NCBI GenBank assembly: GCA_944388995.1
Contig: CALXKN010000005.1
Location: 30,895 to 94,894, forward strand
DNA: 64,000 nucleotides
DNA from: an uncultured Spirochaetota bacterium
Lineage (GTDB): Bacteria > Spirochaetota > Spirochaetia > JAFGXN01
Direction of reading: 5' to 3'
Position numbers and translations under genes: made by a program. The notes under the pieces were generated by a model that was given only the letters and a program-made list of their open reading frames with translations, had not been told where the DNA came from and did not search any database. Below are positions 1 to 8,979 of the stretch, one piece after another; positions within the stretch are counted from its first letter, which is position 1, and each line of letters starts with the position of its first letter.

Positions 1-1301
1 GTTATTCTCAAATCGGAAAATCCGGAGTGGAAAAAGAGTACGATATGCTTTTGAAAGGCACCGACGGTAAGCGTTTTCAGTCGGTCGATGCCAGAGGGCG
101 GACCATTGTCGGCGAGCAGATTGCCAACATTCCCCCCGAAACGGGAAAGACGCTTGTTCTGACGGTGGACCGGAGGATTCAAAGGCTGTGCGAGCACGCA
201 CTGGGAGAGCGCACGGGGTCAATCATCGTCATGAAACCGGCGACCGGTGAGATTCTGGCAATGACCTCCTATCCGTGGATTGATCCGAATGTTTTCTATC
301 AGAACGACAATCAAAGCAAACTGTCGGACTACTACAACGACCGGAAAAATCCGTTTTTTAACCGTTGCGTCAGCGCCGTTTATCCGCCGGCTTCGACCTT
401 TAAGGCCGTGATGGCGGCGATGATTCTTGAAGAAGGATTGGTTCCCGAATCCTACACCGTCAACTGTACCGGACGGGTTTTTATCGGCGACCGGTATTTT
501 CACTGTGAAAAGCGCAGCGGTCACGGGCGGCTGAATCTTCATTCGGCTGTTTCCGAATCCTGCAATGTCTATTTTTATACGATCGCCAATGAATTTTCGG
601 ATATTTCCATGATTGCGGAATATGCGGGTTTGTTTGCATTGGGAGAGAAATCCTTTATCGATCTGCCGGAGGAGGCTTCAGGTACGTTGCCGACTCCCGA
701 GTGGAAGCTGAGACAGTATTCCCGGCGTTGGATCGGCGGGGATACCGTCAATATGGCTATCGGTCAGGGATATTTGACCGTTACGCCGCTACAAATGGCC
801 AACGCTTATGCGATGATTCTGAATGACGGAAAAATTTACAAACCTCATGTTTTAAAAGCGGTCCGCGATTCCGAATCGGGACGCATCATCTCCGAAACCG
901 AACCGGAAGTCATCCATTCTGTCGATTTTTCTCCCGATACCTTCCGGAAAATCCGGAGCGCCCTGCGCGAAACCTGCGTATCGGGAACAGCCAAAAATGT
1001 TCTGACAACCAAATTGGTAAAAGTCGCCGGAAAAACCGGAACGGGACAGATTGCCGGAGTTTCCGATAATTACGCCAGCTGGTTTATCTCTTACGCTCCT
1101 TATGATGCGCCGCCGGAAGAACAGGTGCTGGTGGTTGTTCTCATTGAACCGCAGGCCGATAAAGAGTATCAGTGGTGGACGCCGTTTGCCGCAAACATCA
1201 TTTATCAGGGCATCTTCGGGAATCAGAATTTTTACGAAGCCGTGACCGCCTTACGGTGGCAGTGGCTTTTCCCCGATTTGGAGAAGTACAAAGATGAATA
1301 A
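1..1301 (+). CDS. mrdA: Penicillin-binding protein 2 (class B transpeptidase), C-terminal ~430 aa; 5' end outside window
   Basis: The frame is open from base 3. SxxK (ASTFK), SxN (SESCN) and KTG (GKTGTG) motifs occur in order. It overlaps rodA by 8 nt. Confidence 0.85.
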   Translation, partial: YSQIGKSGVEKEYDMLLKGTDGKRFQSVDARGRTIVGEQIANIPPETGKTLVLTVDRRIQRLCEHALGERTGSIIVMKPATGEILAMTSYPWIDPNVFYQNDNQSKLSDYYNDRKNPFFNRCVSAVYPPASTFKAVMAAMILEEGLVPESYTVNCTGRVFIGDRYFHCEKRSGHGRLNLHSAVSESCNVYFYTIANEFSDISMIAEYAGLFALGEKSFIDLPEEASGTLPTPEWKLRQYSRRWIGGDTVNMAIGQGYLTVTPLQMANAYAMILNDGKIYKPHVLKAVRDSESGRIISETEPEVIHSVDFSPDTFRKIRSALRETCVSGTAKNVLTTKLVKVAGKTGTGQIAGVSDNYASWFISYAPYDAPPEEQVLVVVLIEPQADKEYQWWTPFAANIIYQGIFGNQNFYEAVTALRWQWLFPDLEKYKDE

Positions 1302-2628
1302 CGGCGGCGGATTCGGATCTCATCAGAAATCCCTCTTTGGGTTTGATTTTATTTTGGCGCTGATGGTACTGGCGTTGTGTACGATAGGTATTCTTTTTAT
1401 TTACTCCAGCGGAATCAACTCGGATAATTTTCAGTCCTCAAGCGAGTACATTAAACAGACGGTATTTTGTATTATCGGAATCATTGCCTCTGTCGCTGTT
1501 CTGTTTATCGATTACAGCCGGTTCCGGAACCTTGCGGTTCCGCTGTACATCCTTTCGGTGATAACCCTTGTTTTTTTACTGATTTTCAGTCCGTTGATCA
1601 ACGGATCAAAGTCCTGGATCGGTATCGGCGGATTCGGAATTCAGCCGTCCGAATTCGTAAAAATTACCGCGATTTTGATTTTGGCGCGGTTCATTGAGAG
1701 CCGTCAAAAGGAGATTTCCGCTTTAAAAGTCTTTGCACAGGCCTTTCTTTTAATGCTGCTTCCCGCCGCGCTGGTTTTGATGCAGCCTGATCTGGGAACC
1801 GCTTCCGTCTATTTTATTATTTTTATCGCAATGATTTATGCCGGTGGCGGCAGTCCGCGTTATGTTGTTTTCACACTGATTGTTGTTTTGCTGACGCTGA
1901 TTATAACGGTTCTGCCGCATTGGGAGGTTCTGATTGCCCAACGCCGGGTTCCGTTGCTGGAGCTGATTAACAACGGCGTCTACTTTGCCTCATTTTTGTC
2001 ATTTTGGTTTCTGATCATGATTCTTTCCGTAATCGGGTATGTGATTTACAAAAAACCGGTTTTTAACAAAATCGCTTTTTTTTCTGCGGCGGTTTTTATC
2101 TCTTTGATTTTAGGGAAAATCGGCGGAAGCGTTTTAAAAGATTATCAAATCAAGCGGCTGATCGTTTTTTTGGATCCGCGGGTTGATCCCTACGGTTCCG
2201 GGTATCACATTTTGCAATCGCTGACCGTCATCGGTTCCGGAGGCCTGACGGGAAAAGGGTTCATGAACGGAACGCTTGGCAAATACGATTTTCTGCCGCA
2301 GCGTAGTACTGACTTTATTTTTTCGACGATTGCGGAAGAGTGGGGATTTGCCGGCTGTCTGATTGTGCTTCTTCTGTTTTTCGGGATTTTAACCAAAATC
2401 GCTTTAGCCGCCCGCGAAGCAAAAGACATTTTCGGACGCATGGTCTGCATCGGTGTTTTTGCCGTTATTTTTTATCATTTAATGATAAATATCGGAATGA
2501 CAATCGGTATCATGCCGATTACCGGAATTCCGCTTATTTTTGTCTCTTACGGAGGTTCTTCTCTGATAGCTTCACTGATTTCCGTGGCCTTGGTTTTGAA
2601 TATCCGTATGCGGAGGTTCAGTATTTGA
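1294..2628 (+). CDS. rodA: Rod shape-determining protein RodA (SEDS family, FtsW/RodA/SpoVE)
   Basis: 444-aa polytopic membrane ORF with the conserved SEDS C-terminal block (TDFIFSTIAEEWGF ... GIMPITGIPLIFVSYGGSS). It follows mrdA directly. Confidence 0.9.
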   Translation: MNNGGGFGSHQKSLFGFDFILALMVLALCTIGILFIYSSGINSDNFQSSSEYIKQTVFCIIGIIASVAVLFIDYSRFRNLAVPLYILSVITLVFLLIFSPLINGSKSWIGIGGFGIQPSEFVKITAILILARFIESRQKEISALKVFAQAFLLMLLPAALVLMQPDLGTASVYFIIFIAMIYAGGGSPRYVVFTLIVVLLTLIITVLPHWEVLIAQRRVPLLELINNGVYFASFLSFWFLIMILSVIGYVIYKKPVFNKIAFFSAAVFISLILGKIGGSVLKDYQIKRLIVFLDPRVDPYGSGYHILQSLTVIGSGGLTGKGFMNGTLGKYDFLPQRSTDFIFSTIAEEWGFAGCLIVLLLFFGILTKIALAAREAKDIFGRMVCIGVFAVIFYHLMINIGMTIGIMPITGIPLIFVSYGGSSLIASLISVALVLNIRMRRFSI

Positions 2629-5054
2629 ATCAAAGTATCAAAACCAAGATTGAAAACCTGATCGAAAGCGGAGAATTTTTGAAAATTTCCAATCCGATTC
2701 GTTATATGGGAGGAGAATTCGGCGCCGTCGATAAATCCGCCGATCCGCGGGTCAATTTGCGGGCGGTCGTCTGTTTTCCCGATCTCTACGAAATCGGAAT
2801 GAGCAATGCGGCCGTCAAGATCATGTATGAAAAACTGAACGGCGAAGACGGAATTTTTGCGGAGAGAGTTTTTCTTCCCGATACCGACGCCATCGTTTTT
2901 TTTAAAGAGAGGGGAATCCCGCTCTTTTCCCTGGAGTCTGAAACGGCCGTCAGAGATTTTGATCTACTGCTGATAACCGTCGGATCTGAATTGCTTTTTA
3001 CAAATATACTGAAAATTTTGGAACTGAGCGGAATTCCTCTCCATAAAGAAGAGCGCTCGGAATCTGATCCGATTGTGATTGTCGGCGGACCTGCCGTTAC
3101 CAATCCGGCGCCGCTGTCGCGGTTTGCCGATTTTGTCTGCATCGGCGAGTTCGAAGCCTGCATGGAACCTTATCTCCGTTCGGCACAGTCGCCGGATTTC
3201 TCCCGCGGGCAGCGGCGCGACTTCTTTGAAGAATCCCCGCATTTCTGGCGTCCGGGGAAAAAAGCCATCCGGGCCGTTATTCCGAATCTCGGCCGACGTA
3301 CTTACGCCGCCTTTCCCGTTTCATCGGTCCGCCTGGCGCAGGATCACGGCAGTGTCGAAATCATGCGCGGCTGTCCGAACGGCTGCCGTTTTTGTCATGC
3401 CGGAATTTATTACCGGCCTTTCCGGGAAAAAGCACTGGAGGACATTGTCGCCGAAATCGACGATTTGGTTTTCCGCTTCGGATACAGGGAAATTTCCCTT
3501 GCCTCGCTCTCGACCGGAGATTATTCCCGTATCGGTGAATTGATGAAAATTCTCTCCGAACGTTACCGCGATGAATGTGTTTCTTTTTCTTTACCGTCAA
3601 TCAAAGTCAATTCCTTCACGTTGGATCTCCTTGAAACGGCTTCGGGAGTCAAAAAAAGCGGACTGACATTGGCTGTCGAAACTCCCGGCGATGAGGCTCA
3701 GATTTCCGTCAATAAGAATGTTTCCAAGGAAAAACTTTTTTCAATTATTGATGCCGCCAAACAACGCGGCTGGCGATCCGTCAAACTTTATTTTATGATC
3801 GGATTGCCGTATTTTTCCGGCGCGCCGGAAAAAGAACGCGATCTGATTATCGGTTTGATCCGCGAAACGGCGGAATATTCGCGTTTGGCGCTGAATGTCA
3901 ATATCGGGACTTTCATCCCGAAGCCGCACACCCCGTTTCAGTACGCAAAGCAATTATCTTACGAAAAGGCAAAGGAGATGCTTTCCGATATCAAGGCGGC
4001 GTTTCGGGATCATTCAAAAATCAAAATCAACTATCACGATCCGTTTCTTTCCTATATTGAAAGCATTTTATCAAAAGGCGGCTCAGAGGCCGGAGAGATT
4101 CTGGAAGAGGCGTACCGCAACGGAGCCTTTCTGGACGCCTGGTCGGAGCATTTTAACCGCGCGGCTTGGGAAAAAGCGTTGAAGGTCTATGAAGAGGAAG
4201 TCCGACGTATTTTCGAAGCGCAAATATTTCCATGGAAAGATGTCTCTTTGCGGGTCAGCGAGGGATGGCTGAAAAACGAATACCGGAAATCCCAAAAACC
4301 GGAATATACGGAAATTTGTACGGAAACGTGTGAAAATCCGTGCGGAAGCTGCGCAAAAGACGTAAAAATCAACCAAACAAACGTTCGTTCGGTTGTAAAA
4401 ACTCCCGTTTTTCTTTCTTCTCAGGGAAAATTGCGCGTCTTTCTCCTGCGTTTTTCGCGGGAGCGCGATTCGGCCTATCTTTCCCAAAAGAATATGATTT
4501 CCTTTATCGAACGGATTTTTTACAGGGCGGGGCTGCGCCTCGGGTTTACGGAAGGCTTCAACCGCAAACCGAAACTGGAATTCGCCAATCCTCTGCCTCT
4601 CGGCTTCGCGTCAAAGGCGGACTACCTCAAACTCAAACTTTACAACGAAGAGCCGTGCGAACTCCTTTTGGAGCGGCTGAACCGGGCGTCGGTTCCGTCG
4701 GTCAGATTTTCTTTTCTCTCGCCGATTGAGGTGCCGCCGCAAACCCGTCTGCCGTCGCTGATGAGCGTTTATTCCGCTTCCGAATTTTTGGCAGAGCCGG
4801 TTTCTTCCGAATCCGCTTTTGCCGGTTTGGCGGAACATTTGAAAAAAGAAGCCGCGGACAGCCGTTTTTTAACGGTTCTCGAATCGGATTCCGCGGCAAT
4901 ACGGCTGAAAATTACCGGCGTTTCACCGAAAAAAATCTTTCCCGAAAGCGGCGGTTTCGGCGTTAAGATCACGCGGACGGAGAGTTTTTTTATCCATCCG
5001 TCGACCGGTGCCGAAGAGCCGTTTTTCCGTTTCCCCGGTTTTTTTAAGAAATAA
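2625..5054 (+). CDS. Fused radical SAM protein (TIGR03960-like N-half plus DUF2344/TIGR03936-like C-half), function unknown
   Basis: It has a CxxxCxxC motif (MRGCPNGCRFCHAG) and a family-typical N-terminus (NPIRYMGGEFG). The ORF-track start at 2340 lies inside rodA in another frame. I moved the start to the in-frame TTG at 2625, which overlaps the rodA TGA. Confidence 0.7.
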   Translation: MNQSIKTKIENLIESGEFLKISNPIRYMGGEFGAVDKSADPRVNLRAVVCFPDLYEIGMSNAAVKIMYEKLNGEDGIFAERVFLPDTDAIVFFKERGIPLFSLESETAVRDFDLLLITVGSELLFTNILKILELSGIPLHKEERSESDPIVIVGGPAVTNPAPLSRFADFVCIGEFEACMEPYLRSAQSPDFSRGQRRDFFEESPHFWRPGKKAIRAVIPNLGRRTYAAFPVSSVRLAQDHGSVEIMRGCPNGCRFCHAGIYYRPFREKALEDIVAEIDDLVFRFGYREISLASLSTGDYSRIGELMKILSERYRDECVSFSLPSIKVNSFTLDLLETASGVKKSGLTLAVETPGDEAQISVNKNVSKEKLFSIIDAAKQRGWRSVKLYFMIGLPYFSGAPEKERDLIIGLIRETAEYSRLALNVNIGTFIPKPHTPFQYAKQLSYEKAKEMLSDIKAAFRDHSKIKINYHDPFLSYIESILSKGGSEAGEILEEAYRNGAFLDAWSEHFNRAAWEKALKVYEEEVRRIFEAQIFPWKDVSLRVSEGWLKNEYRKSQKPEYTEICTETCENPCGSCAKDVKINQTNVRSVVKTPVFLSSQGKLRVFLLRFSRERDSAYLSQKNMISFIERIFYRAGLRLGFTEGFNRKPKLEFANPLPLGFASKADYLKLKLYNEEPCELLLERLNRASVPSVRFSFLSPIEVPPQTRLPSLMSVYSASEFLAEPVSSESAFAGLAEHLKKEAADSRFLTVLESDSAAIRLKITGVSPKKIFPESGGFGVKITRTESFFIHPSTGAEEPFFRFPGFFKK

Positions 5055-5057
5055 AAA

Positions 5058-5081
5058 ACTCCGTCCAGATCCGGACGGAGT
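5058..5081 (-). terminator. Rho-independent terminator hairpin between convergent genes (best on the greA strand)
   Basis: ACTCCGTCC-AGATCC-GGACGGAGT forms a 9-bp GC-rich stem. On the minus strand it is followed by TTTTTATTTCTT. On the plus strand it is preceded by an A-run. Confidence 0.75.
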
Positions 5082-5094
5082 CTGAAAACTCTTC

Positions 5095-7797
5095 TCAGTC
5101 GATATCTTCGCAGGCCTCGATTTTCTTCACCTTGTACTTGTACGGAATTTCATTAATTTCGAATTCCAGAGTATCGCCGGGTTTGGCGCCGATCAGATTT
5201 TTCCCGAACGGAGAAAGATAGGAGATGATGTTCTCATTCGGATCCGATTCCCACGGCCCCAAAATGGTGTAGACTTCGTCTTTTTTCGTCAGGAGATTGT
5301 GCAGGGTCGTTTCGGTTCCGAAGCCGATTTGAGAGGTGTTGATCTCTTCTTTTTTGAAAATGTAGGCTTTTTCCAGATCCTCCTGTAATTTCGACGCCGT
5401 CGCGTTTAAAATCGTCTGTTTTTCTTTTGCGGCTTTGTATTCGGCGTTCTCTTTCAGGTCTCCCAGTTCCAAAGCTTCCCCGATCTCTTTCGAGTTGTTG
5501 GGAATTTCCACGTCGATGATGTATTTGAGTTCGCGGGATTTTGCCTGGTGCGAGCGCTGCAGGACAAGAAGCGAGCGGGAAATGATGTCGCGCGCGGAGA
5601 GCGTTTTGCTCTGTTCGTCACCAAACTGGAATTCGGGGTGCGCTTCCGCTATCATGCGGCGGACGTCCTGTTTGAGTCCGAGAGAAAGCCCTTTGATCTC
5701 GTTGATCAGCGAGTAAATCTTCGAGAGCTTGTCGGAAGAAATCTTTTGAACGGTTTTTTTCAAACGGCCTTCTTTAAAGAGAATTGTCTCGATTTGCTGG
5801 GCCAGTTTTCTGTTTTCGCTGACGTTGTAGCGGTTGTCCATTTCCTTGTACAGGGTTGAAAGAAGCTGGATCGCGTTGATGATAAACGTCTCTTCCTGAA
5901 TTTTGCACAAATCTTTGTATTCACCGGCATTTTTCATCAGCCAAATAAACGCCGTCCGGTCTTCGCGGAAGTTGGAGGCGATTTCCTCAAAGGTCTGTGA
6001 AATGCAGTCGGAACGGTTGTGAGCCGCCAAATCTTCCAAAACAGAACGGTTCAGGCATTTCGGAAAGAGTTTCATGTAAATCGTCGGCCAGTCGGGAAAT
6101 TCTTTTACAAAACGGATGAAACTTTTACGGATTTCGGTGTCTTCAATGCGTTCGAAAACGGAAACCAACCGGTTTTTATCTTTGAAAATATCCTTAAAGT
6201 GCTTGTCGATTCCCGGATTCAGATACGGATACTCCTTGACAATTTCGCGGATCAAAATGTAGGCGGAGACGTTGATATCATTCGGTCGGTCGATTTCCTT
6301 TAAATAAGAAGTAAAGTAGGTGTACATTTCGTTGAAGTACTCCGAATCGGGTTCGCACTCCTTCAGAAATTCCCTGATGACCTTAACGCGCGAATAAAAC
6401 TTCGGATTGGCTTTGAAATTGTTGTAGAGTTTTTCTTCGACCGTAATCGGGGTTTCCCGGACGGTGAAGACGTCGGTCTGATCGGGAAGGTTACCGAATT
6501 CGGAATCCCGGTCAAGAATATTTTTGGCCTCTTTGCTCCACGTGTTCCATTCGGCCGGGGACAGAATGGACGGAACCAACTCCGCCTTGATTTGTTTCAA
6601 CGAAGCCTGATTGCCGAAACTGCCGATGACGGTTTTCAGCGCCCAATGCGGATCCGATTTAACGCGATCATGAAGCCGCTTTTTATCGATGACGCTTTTT
6701 AAAACCCAGATATGATTTTTCGGAAGGCAGGTGAGGGCTGTAACGGCCATATCCAGCGACATCGGATGGTTGCGTTTCGAGGCAAAATCGATTGTCAGCG
6801 TTTCATTGTCAATGGCGCGGATAACCCCGATTCCCCAGGTGCGGTGCCAGACGAAAGCGCCGGCATCAAACGAGATGTGCTTTTCAAAGTCTAAAATCGC
6901 TTCATGAATATTGCGCCACTCTTTGTTCAGCTCCGATTTTTCGATGTAATTTTCCACCTTTGAATGTGTTTCATATTTACGTCTGTAGCATTCTGTCAGC
7001 TGCTTACGGACGTCGGGATCTTTCGGCGTGTAATCGACAATTCTTTTTAAAACGGAAATGCATAAATCCCAATTTTGTTTTTCTCTGGCATTGTTGTATA
7101 AGTCGTAAAGCAGTTGAGATGCTTTTTCGGAATCGAAAGCGACGGCGACTTTTTTCTCCGTATTTAAAAAGAAATTAATGTCGTTCGGATCGACGTCCAG
7201 AAGCTTCCCCCAAAGTTCTTTTACATGATTGAAAGCCTTTTGATTGATATAGCGGTGAATGGCTTTTTTGTAATAATCGGCCGCCTCTTCGAGTTTGCCT
7301 TCTTCTTTTTTCCGATCCGCAATGCTCTTAACAATGTCAGCTTCTTCATGGTCGATTTTTGCCCATCTTTCCCAAATTTCGAATTTTTTTTCTTCGTTAT
7401 TGGATTGCGTATAACAGTATGCAAGCGTCTGAAGGGCCAGCTTTTGTTCTCCGAAAGAGAGCATTTTTTCACAGATGCTCTCCACGATCTGAAGTTTATG
7501 ATTATCCGTAAAGATGTTAATTAATTTTGTGATATCGGTATCGTCAATTAATTGGAAATAAAGAGATAAAATTCCGCTGATATACATAGCGATGATACTG
7601 TTTTGTGTGTGCGCAATGTGTTCGTCGCAGAGATTTTTCAGCTGCATGGCATAATTGCCTTCAATCGCTTCGTCAATGACGGCGTCCAAGTCCTTAAAGT
7701 AAATCGTTGTATAACTGTTTAATGCGGCTCTGGTCCATTTTTCTCCTTTAAGCTGCTCGCTGACTTGATTTAATTTTGCTTCAATCCCGTCGTTCAT
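5095..7797 (-). CDS. greA: Long-form transcription elongation factor GreA (C-terminal ~160 aa Gre domain, ~740-aa N-terminal extension)
   Basis: The C-terminus carries the Gre finger motif GDLKENAEYKAAKEKQ and a Gre C-terminal globular domain (VYTILGPWESDP...ISYLSPFGKNLIGAKPGD). A GGGAGAA SD lies upstream, 17 nt after the preceding gene. Confidence 0.75.
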   Translation of the reverse strand: MNDGIEAKLNQVSEQLKGEKWTRAALNSYTTIYFKDLDAVIDEAIEGNYAMQLKNLCDEHIAHTQNSIIAMYISGILSLYFQLIDDTDITKLINIFTDNHKLQIVESICEKMLSFGEQKLALQTLAYCYTQSNNEEKKFEIWERWAKIDHEEADIVKSIADRKKEEGKLEEAADYYKKAIHRYINQKAFNHVKELWGKLLDVDPNDINFFLNTEKKVAVAFDSEKASQLLYDLYNNAREKQNWDLCISVLKRIVDYTPKDPDVRKQLTECYRRKYETHSKVENYIEKSELNKEWRNIHEAILDFEKHISFDAGAFVWHRTWGIGVIRAIDNETLTIDFASKRNHPMSLDMAVTALTCLPKNHIWVLKSVIDKKRLHDRVKSDPHWALKTVIGSFGNQASLKQIKAELVPSILSPAEWNTWSKEAKNILDRDSEFGNLPDQTDVFTVRETPITVEEKLYNNFKANPKFYSRVKVIREFLKECEPDSEYFNEMYTYFTSYLKEIDRPNDINVSAYILIREIVKEYPYLNPGIDKHFKDIFKDKNRLVSVFERIEDTEIRKSFIRFVKEFPDWPTIYMKLFPKCLNRSVLEDLAAHNRSDCISQTFEEIASNFREDRTAFIWLMKNAGEYKDLCKIQEETFIINAIQLLSTLYKEMDNRYNVSENRKLAQQIETILFKEGRLKKTVQKISSDKLSKIYSLINEIKGLSLGLKQDVRRMIAEAHPEFQFGDEQSKTLSARDIISRSLLVLQRSHQAKSRELKYIIDVEIPNNSKEIGEALELGDLKENAEYKAAKEKQTILNATASKLQEDLEKAYIFKKEEINTSQIGFGTETTLHNLLTKKDEVYTILGPWESDPNENIISYLSPFGKNLIGAKPGDTLEFEINEIPYKYKVKKIEACEDID

Positions 7798-7814
7798 TTT
7801 GTTTTCTCCCGTTA

Positions 7815-8759
7815 TTATTTTATCAATTCATTATAAACAGAGCTGTCAAGCGCTTTAATTTTATTCAAGAGAAGTCCGATTTCGTAATGGTTGCCTTCGG
7901 ATCCGTGAACCGACTGTAAATGGAAAATCAGCCGGCAGTAAGCGTATATCAATCTGGGAATGACGTTTCCCTCCGGCGCCTCGTCTTCCAGCAGTTGAAT
8001 TCTTTGTTTTAAATCCCTTAACTCGTTCGAAAGCAGTTCCCGTCGGATATTGAATATTTTAAAAGCGGTCGCGTAAACGGGGATCCAATCCCGCAACTCT
8101 TCCTTTTTTATATTGTACTCGTTTGTCAGCAAATCTGCAAGTCTTTTTATATAAATCGTCTCGATAAAATTTAAATTAATTTTTTGCGGATCCTGATAAA
8201 ATGCTTCGGAAAAAAAGATTTTAGCTTTCATATTGTCTCCCTGAAGGGAAAAACAGTCGGCTAATTCGGCGGAAACTTCGGCGTTGTGTTTATCAAGGGC
8301 GTAAACTTTCTTTAAAATATCAAGGGCTTTTGTGAAATCTCCGAGGAATTTATAGCAGCGGCCAATTTGCAGTAAGAGATTCTCTTCCGTCTCGGATGCG
8401 GGAGTTTCATGTCTGGTCTGCAGGAGGTCGAGTAATGCGTCGGAAAATACTTTCCGACGTATCAAGGCAACACCTCGTCCGAAGTCATTAAAACGGGCTG
8501 AAAAATGACCGGCGAAAGAACTCCAGAAATCAATCAGTTTTTGCGCATGCTGATATTTATCGGCAGTCTTTTTTGCTTCGTTATAAGCATTGTTCCAAAA
8601 GCGGACGCATTTTACGGCGGTCAGAAACGCATTCGAGTGGTAGGAGCGTCGCATCTGGCTGTCGCAGAACGCTTCGGCCGCGCTCCAATCGCCGTCTTTT
8701 AAATAGCCGTAAATTTTTTCCCAGTTTGAATCGAGAGAACTATTTTTCTCAACTTCCAT
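7815..8759 (-). CDS. Hypothetical helical-repeat (TPR-like) protein, first gene of the greA operon
   Basis: 314-aa ORF with helical repeat character (LLLQIGRCYKFLGDFTKALDILKKVYALD). I recognise no catalytic motif. Confidence 0.55.
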   Translation of the reverse strand: MEVEKNSSLDSNWEKIYGYLKDGDWSAAEAFCDSQMRRSYHSNAFLTAVKCVRFWNNAYNEAKKTADKYQHAQKLIDFWSSFAGHFSARFNDFGRGVALIRRKVFSDALLDLLQTRHETPASETEENLLLQIGRCYKFLGDFTKALDILKKVYALDKHNAEVSAELADCFSLQGDNMKAKIFFSEAFYQDPQKINLNFIETIYIKRLADLLTNEYNIKKEELRDWIPVYATAFKIFNIRRELLSNELRDLKQRIQLLEDEAPEGNVIPRLIYAYCRLIFHLQSVHGSEGNHYEIGLLLNKIKALDSSVYNELIK

Positions 8760-8766
8760 AAATTTG

Positions 8767-8795
8767 ATTTTATATTATTTTTTGATGATTGACAA
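8767..8795 (-). promoter_or_regulatory. Candidate sigma70-type promoter for 7815-8759/greA, possibly giving a leaderless mRNA
   Basis: On the minus strand: TTGTCA, 17 nt, TAAAAT. The ATG at 8759 begins 8 nt after the -10 element. There is no SD. Confidence 0.4.
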
Positions 8796-8799
8796 TCAT
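8785..8799. promoter_or_regulatory. Perfect 7-1-7 inverted repeat ATGATTG-A-CAATCAT, candidate operator
   Basis: The palindrome is seen directly. It covers the -35 element of the minus-strand promoter. Confidence 0.5.
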
Positions 8800-8944
8800 T
8801 AAATATTTATTTCTTCCTGTGCTCAGTATTAAAGAGCGCGGCAGATTCCGGCGGATCTTTGCGGAAAAACCGCATCCTAAAATTTCCTCATCCCCGTTTG
8901 AAATTCCGGTCAATGATGCGAATGTTTTTATGGTTAAATTTTTA

Positions 8945-8973
8945 CTGACATTTTCTTGGCTTTGTGTTATAGT
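8945..8973 (+). promoter_or_regulatory. Candidate promoter for rpe (extended -10), possibly leaderless
   Basis: CTGACA, 17 nt, TGtTATAGT. The ATG at 8980 begins 7 nt after the -10 element. There is no SD. Confidence 0.45.
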
Positions 8974-8979
8974 ATCATT

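Noticed and set aside
2340-2624. N-terminal 95 codons of the 904-aa ORF-track call.
   Set aside because: This part lies entirely inside rodA in another frame and translates to Arg/Phe/Cys-rich nonsense. The conserved radical-SAM N-terminus begins after 2625.
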